Positions 58,735-64,000 of a stretch of DNA of 64,000 bases are shown one piece after another (positions within the stretch are counted from its first letter, which is position 1; every line of letters starts with the position of its first letter). A program made the translations under genes and the position numbers. Origin of the DNA: an uncultured delta proteobacterium (GTDB lineage Bacteria > Desulfobacterota > Binatia > UBA9968). The stretch lies in contig CAVWLW010000032.1 of the NCBI GenBank assembly GCA_963755715.1, positions 64,001 to 128,000 on the forward strand. Reading direction: 5' to 3'. Under the pieces are notes generated by a model. The model did no database searches and was not told the DNA's origin. It saw only the letters and a program-made list of their open reading frames with translations.

Positions 58735-60030
58735 TTGATCTTTGTTCCGCTACTGATATTTTCGCTGTTCGCCCAGTGCGCTGTGGTCTGGACTCAACTG
58801 GAAGATATTCGAGGCGGCTATTTTGATTTCGTGCTGTACTACAGCGGCGCCAAGATCTTCAATGATGGAAACGGCGCGCAATTATATGATTTACAGGTGC
58901 AAAGGGAGTATCAAAAAGAATTTGGCGTCGCCAATCAAAATCGGGATTTGCCGTTTAATCACCTCCCCTATGAGTTATTGCTGCTTCTGATTCCAGCGAA
59001 ATTTTCATTTCCCGTCGCCCACTCTCTTTGGGCGGCAATTAATATCCTGCTGCTTGCAGTAATCTTGCTCCGCCTTTCGCCTTTCGTCGAGGGTAGGCAT
59101 CGGTGGTTGTTTGCTCTCATGCTATTCGCTTATTTCCCAACCCTAACAGCTCTCAAGATGGGTCAGGATTCAGTAATTACGACCTTTCTGCTGGTCGAAA
59201 CTTTTGTGAGCCTCAAACGCAAACGCTACGCCATAGCCGGCGGCCTGTTAGCCCTGGGCCTATACAAACCGCAGTTCGTTTTACCGATGGTCGGGATATT
59301 TTTGCTACACCGCCGTTGGTCGTCGATATTTGGGTTTTTGTTTACGGGACTGTTGCTTGGCGTGCTCTCACTGGCGATGGTGGGATGGAACGGCCTGCTC
59401 GGGTTATTTTCATTGTGGTTGCCGATGACGCAGCGTGGTCACGTCGTTTGGCCGGAACTGATGACGAATTTACGTGGCTTGATGTACATGATATTGGACC
59501 TCGGTGGGTTATCGGGTGCAACGAATATCCTGACTTTGGCTTTTTCCATATTAGTTTATGTCATAGCGTTGCGCCTGTGGCCGCGAAGCGCGGACGAGCG
59601 GAATGAACTGTTCGATCTGCGCTTCGCCCTTGCTGTGGCGATGACCGCGCTAGTAAGTTTTCACTTGTACTCGTACGACGGCACTCTGCTGGCAATTCCT
59701 CTAATCATTATGCTGAACCAAATCTTGAAAGACCCCAATTCCTATCCCGTGCGGCATCGCATTTTTTTGGCTATTCTGATCGCATGGTTTCTTCCGTTAG
59801 TGCCGAATATACTTCTGAGCGCGGCGAGTCTCGCCTGGTGGGCGCTGCCTTTACCATTTCTTTTTGGTGTGATCGCTATGGAGATTTGGCGCTGCTCGAA
59901 GTGGACCGTCGGCAGGGATGAATTGGTTGGAACGGCTGTGCCTATGAGTCGACGCAGTTGGATCGTTAAGACGAAGGGAAATTCACGATGGAACAAACAG
60001 CAACTGGTAATGGCCAGACTTGGGATTTAG
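58735..60030 (+). CDS. Glycosyltransferase family 87 (DUF2029, GT-C) membrane protein; both ends uncertain
   Basis: DFVLYYSGA...LYD, PFNHLP, GQDS, LYKPQF, SFHLYSYD; many TM segments. Confidence 0.82.
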   Translation: MIFVPLLIFSLFAQCAVVWTQLEDIRGGYFDFVLYYSGAKIFNDGNGAQLYDLQVQREYQKEFGVANQNRDLPFNHLPYELLLLLIPAKFSFPVAHSLWAAINILLLAVILLRLSPFVEGRHRWLFALMLFAYFPTLTALKMGQDSVITTFLLVETFVSLKRKRYAIAGGLLALGLYKPQFVLPMVGIFLLHRRWSSIFGFLFTGLLLGVLSLAMVGWNGLLGLFSLWLPMTQRGHVVWPELMTNLRGLMYMILDLGGLSGATNILTLAFSILVYVIALRLWPRSADERNELFDLRFALAVAMTALVSFHLYSYDGTLLAIPLIIMLNQILKDPNSYPVRHRIFLAILIAWFLPLVPNILLSAASLAWWALPLPFLFGVIAMEIWRCSKWTVGRDELVGTAVPMSRRSWIVKTKGNSRWNKQQLVMARLGI

Positions 60031-61736
60031 AAGCGGATGTCATCGTGATCGGCTCGGGAGCGGCGGGGCTTCCGGCAGCGATTAGAGCAGTTGAAGGAGG
60101 CGCGTCGGTTATCGTCGTGGAGGCAAATTACGACGTTGGTGGGCACGCGATCATCAGCGGCGGCCATATGGCTCTCGGTGGCGGCACCAGCGCGCAGAAA
60201 AAATACAATATTCCCGATTCGCCGGACACGGTGTTTTCCGATCTGACCGATTGGTCGATCGTGCAGCCCAACGGTTCGCCGGATTTTCGTTACAACGACC
60301 GGGCAGTCATGCGCGCCTTCGCGGATCACTGCGCGCAAACTTTTGAATTCTTGCTGGCCAACGGTGTCGAGTTTACCGATAAGGCGCCGGACAATCATGG
60401 TGCATCGACCACGGGCAACTCGGCGCCGCGCGAGAATCATGCGTTCTGGACTAAGGGTGCCGGCTTAGAAAGTCCCAACGCCGCAGCCGGAACGGGCGTG
60501 ATCCGGCCGTTGGAAGCAAGCGCGCGCGCGAAGGGCGTGCGCTTTTTGCTGAACTACAAGATGACCGGGCTGATCCGTGAGCCGAACGTGGATGGAAACT
60601 CGGCGCCAGTGATTGGTCTCACGGCGCGATATACCCCGCGCATCATGCCCGGGTCAACGACGCCGTTAAAGAGCTTTCGTTCGGAGGGCAATATCGAAAG
60701 CACGCTGCCGACGATGAAACTGCGCGCGCGCAAAGCGGTGATTATCGCCACGGGTGGCAGCACCAGCGACATCAATTTTCGCCGCATGTTTGACCCGCGC
60801 TTGACGCCGGTGATCCAAGTCGGCGGTGAACCGTATAGTTATCAAGACGCCAGCGGCGAACTCGCGGCGATGGCCATCGGCGCGTCGCTCTGGGGCCTGG
60901 CCAACCAAACATTGGAAAACGGCGCGACCATGCGCACCCAACGCGCTCTTGCGACCAAGTATAATTACACAACATGGAAGCTAGAGAGCCCGATTTTTCC
61001 ATTGGTGCGCGCGACCGGTTTCAACGTGAAGGATTGGCAGGACTTGATTCTCGTCAACCAAGTGGGCAAGCGATTTTACGACGAGACCAAGGGCGACGTC
61101 CCGCACGGCAATCTCGGCGGCCAAATCACGCCGTGTATGCCCAATGATTATCGCAATGCCGAGAACGTTAAGTTCAATCCGACAAAATACAATTTTACCC
61201 ACGCGGCGCTGGCGATGAACGAGTATTCAGAGCCGCCGGATTATTGCGCGGGTCCGGTGTGGGCGATCTTTGACGCGGACGCGGTAGAACGCGAAGGGTG
61301 GAAGGTCGTGCCGCCGTCCGTCGATCCAGACGGGTATTTTTTTGCCGCGAACACACTCGAAGAGCTCGCCACCGCGATCAAAAACGAATATCAGGCAAAG
61401 CCCATGCAAGGCGCGACGCTACAAGCGACGGTGGAGCGCTACAATTCGTTCGTCGACGCGGGAGAAGACAAGGATTTCGGCAAGCCGGCGCCGAAACATA
61501 AAATCCAAACGCCGCCGTTTTACGCGGCTTGGGGGACGCCGGTGGTGCACGACACGCGGGCCGGCTTGAGAATCAATGCCAGGTGCCAAGTGATCGACAT
61601 GAGCGGCAAAGTGATCCCCGGTCTCTACTGCGCCGGTGAGTCGGCCGGCGGCTTCAACCAACATGGTATGGGCCGCTGCGCTACGCAGGGATTTATCGCT
61701 GGTACTGACGCAGCGAAGTTGTCGCGGCACGAGTAG
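59988..61736 (+). CDS. FAD-dependent oxidoreductase (FAD_binding_2; fumarate reductase/3-ketosteroid dehydrogenase-like)
   Basis: WDLEADVIVIGSGAAG, GGHAIISGG, KAVIIATGG, ILVNQVGKRF, TPPFYA, HDTRAGLRIN, IPGLYCAGE. Confidence 0.9.
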   Translation: MEQTATGNGQTWDLEADVIVIGSGAAGLPAAIRAVEGGASVIVVEANYDVGGHAIISGGHMALGGGTSAQKKYNIPDSPDTVFSDLTDWSIVQPNGSPDFRYNDRAVMRAFADHCAQTFEFLLANGVEFTDKAPDNHGASTTGNSAPRENHAFWTKGAGLESPNAAAGTGVIRPLEASARAKGVRFLLNYKMTGLIREPNVDGNSAPVIGLTARYTPRIMPGSTTPLKSFRSEGNIESTLPTMKLRARKAVIIATGGSTSDINFRRMFDPRLTPVIQVGGEPYSYQDASGELAAMAIGASLWGLANQTLENGATMRTQRALATKYNYTTWKLESPIFPLVRATGFNVKDWQDLILVNQVGKRFYDETKGDVPHGNLGGQITPCMPNDYRNAENVKFNPTKYNFTHAALAMNEYSEPPDYCAGPVWAIFDADAVEREGWKVVPPSVDPDGYFFAANTLEELATAIKNEYQAKPMQGATLQATVERYNSFVDAGEDKDFGKPAPKHKIQTPPFYAAWGTPVVHDTRAGLRINARCQVIDMSGKVIPGLYCAGESAGGFNQHGMGRCATQGFIAGTDAAKLSRHE

Positions 61737-61790
61737 GGGCAACCCCCGTGGTTGCTCTGTCGGAAGGCAGGCACTGGGGTGTGCCCTTAC
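61733..61790. repeat. GTAG-type REP doublet between convergent genes
   Basis: GTAGGGGCAACCCCCGTGGTTGCTC...GGCAGGCACTGGGGTGTGCCCTTAC: two GTAG/GTAA-capped hairpins in inverted orientation. Confidence 0.75.
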
Positions 61791-63298
61791 AACTGAAAGA
61801 TCAATGACTTGATCGTTACCGGCACAGTGCCGGACGGCTCCAGGGTTTTTCCCAGATCGATGAAGTCGAAGTCACTGAGCGTGACGCCGTCCAGACAAAG
61901 CAGAGGGTTCTCGATCGCGAAATCATCTCGGAGAATCGTGCCGACCAATCCCGCCAAGTCGTGGTCGAAGACGAGATAGATCGGCCGGCCGTTTTTCAAA
62001 GTGCCCGGCAAGCCATCGATCAGGCCGCGGCAAAATGCCGCGATGCGGATCGCGGTCGGCGGACCGTCCCAGCGGAACACGAGAGCGACTTCTGCAACTC
62101 CCTCTACCAAATCGAAGGCGCGAAAATGTTTCTGGATCGCCTGAGCGATTGTTGCGCTGACGATCTCGCCGGACAAATCGACGTCCGGCCGCAGCACCTG
62201 CAGATTTTTTTGCGGCAGTAAACTTTCATCGGTGCGGTGAATCGTATTGCCGCTAACTTGCACCGTGTGTTGCGCCGCGCCTATGACCGTGGCGCGGATG
62301 CACTCGCGCGCGGGCGCCAGCGGCGAGCGCAGCGCTCCGCTGCTTATTTGACGCTGGAGGGATTGTCCCAATGGCGCGCCGAGATCGCCGAATGATTTCG
62401 ACTCCTTGCCATAAACATATTCGCCGACGCCGCCGGAAAAAATAACCGCATCGTAATGCTTCGCACCGCTCAGAGGTGCTGTTAGCCAGAGCTGAGCAAG
62501 CTCGGACGACGGTTGTTCGTCCTGCGCAAGGCTGAGAATTGCTTGCGCCATGTAATTCGTTAGACGCTCGACCTCCGCATTCGTGACCCGGCTGCCAACC
62601 TGCCACGCAAAGCCAACCTGGTGGGCCAATGCTTGGCCGCCCGGTTCTAACAAAGTGATCGTGTCTGCGTTGTCGGTAGCCAACAGTCGCCCGCCGATGT
62701 GAAACGCCGCGGTACTCAGCACGCGCCCGCATTCGGCGACGGCCAACTTCGTCGTGCCCCCGCCGATGTCGATGTTTAGCACTCGGCATTGCTTTTCAGC
62801 GGAATACGCGACCGCGCCCGAGCCATGCGCGGCCAGCAGCGCTTCGAAGTTGTGCCCGGCCGTGGCGCAGACGAAGGTGCCGCGCTGCGCGGCGAACAAG
62901 TCGGCGATGGCGCGTGCGTTGTCACGTCGGATCGCTTCGCCGGTGAGGATGATCGCGCCGGTGTCAATGTCGCGCGGGGTCAAGCCGGCTTCCTGGTACG
63001 CGGCGTCGACGAGACGACCCAGTGCTTGATCGTCGACGCGTTCACGACCTGCACTATACGGTGTCAAATGAACCGGCGACAAGTAGAGCGTGTCGCGTTC
63101 TGTGACGACAAAGCGGCTGGAGAGTTCCCGACCGAGTCGGCGCAGAACCAATTGCGAAAAAATAATCTGTGAGGTGGCAGTGCCGACGTCGATACCGACG
63201 CTCGTAAGCGTGATCGTGTCGAGCTTCCAAAGCGGATGTTCTTCCTCTTCGTCGAGCCCGTGCGCGTCGTGGTCGTGATCGTGGGGAAGATCGTGCAT
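61787..63298 (-). CDS. EutA-like (ethanolamine ammonia-lyase reactivase family) ASKHA ATPase with His/acidic N-terminus
   Basis: SVGIDVGTATSQIIFS, IDTGAIILTGEA, FVCATAG...EALLAAHGSGA, LNIDIGGGTTK, FSGGVGE, IRATVIGA, DFIDLG...VPVTIKSLIF. Confidence 0.88.
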   Translation of the reverse strand: MHDLPHDHDHDAHGLDEEEEHPLWKLDTITLTSVGIDVGTATSQIIFSQLVLRRLGRELSSRFVVTERDTLYLSPVHLTPYSAGRERVDDQALGRLVDAAYQEAGLTPRDIDTGAIILTGEAIRRDNARAIADLFAAQRGTFVCATAGHNFEALLAAHGSGAVAYSAEKQCRVLNIDIGGGTTKLAVAECGRVLSTAAFHIGGRLLATDNADTITLLEPGGQALAHQVGFAWQVGSRVTNAEVERLTNYMAQAILSLAQDEQPSSELAQLWLTAPLSGAKHYDAVIFSGGVGEYVYGKESKSFGDLGAPLGQSLQRQISSGALRSPLAPARECIRATVIGAAQHTVQVSGNTIHRTDESLLPQKNLQVLRPDVDLSGEIVSATIAQAIQKHFRAFDLVEGVAEVALVFRWDGPPTAIRIAAFCRGLIDGLPGTLKNGRPIYLVFDHDLAGLVGTILRDDFAIENPLLCLDGVTLSDFDFIDLGKTLEPSGTVPVTIKSLIFQL

Positions 63299-63314
63299 GG
63301 CAGATTCCAAGGAA

Positions 63315-63337
63315 GGGCGACCGCCGGTCGCCCCTAC
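63315..63337. repeat. GTAG-type REP (GGGCGACCGCCGGTCGCCCCTAC)
   Basis: Hairpin GGGCGACC/GGTCGCCC ending in CTAC. Confidence 0.7.
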
Positions 63338-63341
63338 CCGC

Positions 63342-64000
63342 TTATGCGACCTCGCCGTGCTCGTCGAGAAACAGCACTTTCGCGCTTTCGGCTCCGGCTT
63401 CGCCGGTGCACCACGGCACCATTTTTTTCATCTTGCAGGTGATGCCACGTTTTTTGAGCTCGGCTTCGAAGATCTGATGGATCTCCGGATCTTCATCCTC
63501 ATACTCGACTTGATAGCCGCCTTTTTTGCCGCTGACTTCGCCTTGGCGCAGCACAGTGGATTGGCTTGCCTGCCAGCGGTTGGCGGCGTGCTTGCGCGAG
63601 ATGCCCTGATTCATCACCAAGTAAGTGGCCGGTGTGGAACCGACGTTGAAGTGTTGATGCAACCACAGCCCCTCGCCTGCGCCAGAAAGATAAAGACTGC
63701 CCTCTTGCCAGTCGCAGCGGATGCGCGGCTCATTGCCGCGCTGCGTTAGGACGTAGCCTTCGCCCTCGGTGATATACAGATGCGCGCCTGGGCCGTGGCG
63801 ATGGCCTTTCTTGTAGTGGCCCGATTCGAAGCGCGACACATGCGACTCCATCATGCCGGCGCCCATCACCATGAAACGCGTTCGTCCCGCCGCCACCCCG
63901 GCTTTTCCATTCGTAGAGCGGCAGTTTCTTGATGTCCGGGATGAAATTAGTTTCCCAAACTCTTCCTTTGTAGAGCTTGGCCTCGGCAGTGAAATAATCT
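63342..64000 (-). CDS. Cupin (probably bicupin) protein, 5' end outside the window; frameshift near 63880
   Basis: WETNFIPDI..LPLYEWKSRGGGG, then HVSRFESGHYKKGHRHGPGAH...GEGY...DWQEGS...WLHQHFNVG...YQVEYEDEDP. Confidence 0.82.
   Translation of the reverse strand, partial: IISLPRPSSTKEEFGKLISSRTSRNCRSTNGKAGVAAGRTRFMVMGAGMMESHVSRFESGHYKKGHRHGPGAHLYITEGEGYVLTQRGNEPRIRCDWQEGSLYLSGAGEGLWLHQHFNVGSTPATYLVMNQGISRKHAANRWQASQSTVLRQGEVSGKKGGYQVEYEDEDPEIHQIFEAELKKRGITCKMKKMVPWCTGEAGAESAKVLFLDEHGEVA

Overview
A GC-rich, gene-dense bacterial chromosomal segment. Its content (many orphan ABC substrate-binding proteins, amidohydrolases, dienelactone hydrolases, a fused CoA-transferase, a cupin/EutA-like pair) resembles Candidatus Binatia-type deltaproteobacterial genomes; this taxonomy is inference only. 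About 50 genes are recognisable, mostly for transport and catabolism, plus aat, ptsP, an AmmeMemoRadiSam radical SAM gene, an M16 peptidase pair and an AlkA-type glycosylase. About 15 genes carry single-base frameshifts, most simply explained as sequencing/assembly indels. I saw no rRNA, tRNA, CRISPR array or transposase. The best candidate for an undescribed system is a compact minus-strand unit at 31728-34562: a short BoxB/PaaA-like diiron acyl-CoA epoxidase, a thioredoxin-like [2Fe-2S] ferredoxin and a stand-alone NuoF-like flavoprotein. It has no BoxA/PaaE reductase, and its sigma70 promoter is overlapped by a perfect 18-bp palindrome. Other leads are an EutA-like ATPase paired with a cupin but no EutBC in view, two sigma54-driven orphan units, a secreted isochorismatase-fold protein lacking the catalytic Cys, two structured intergenic regions, and a REP element that supplies the stop codons of two convergent genes.
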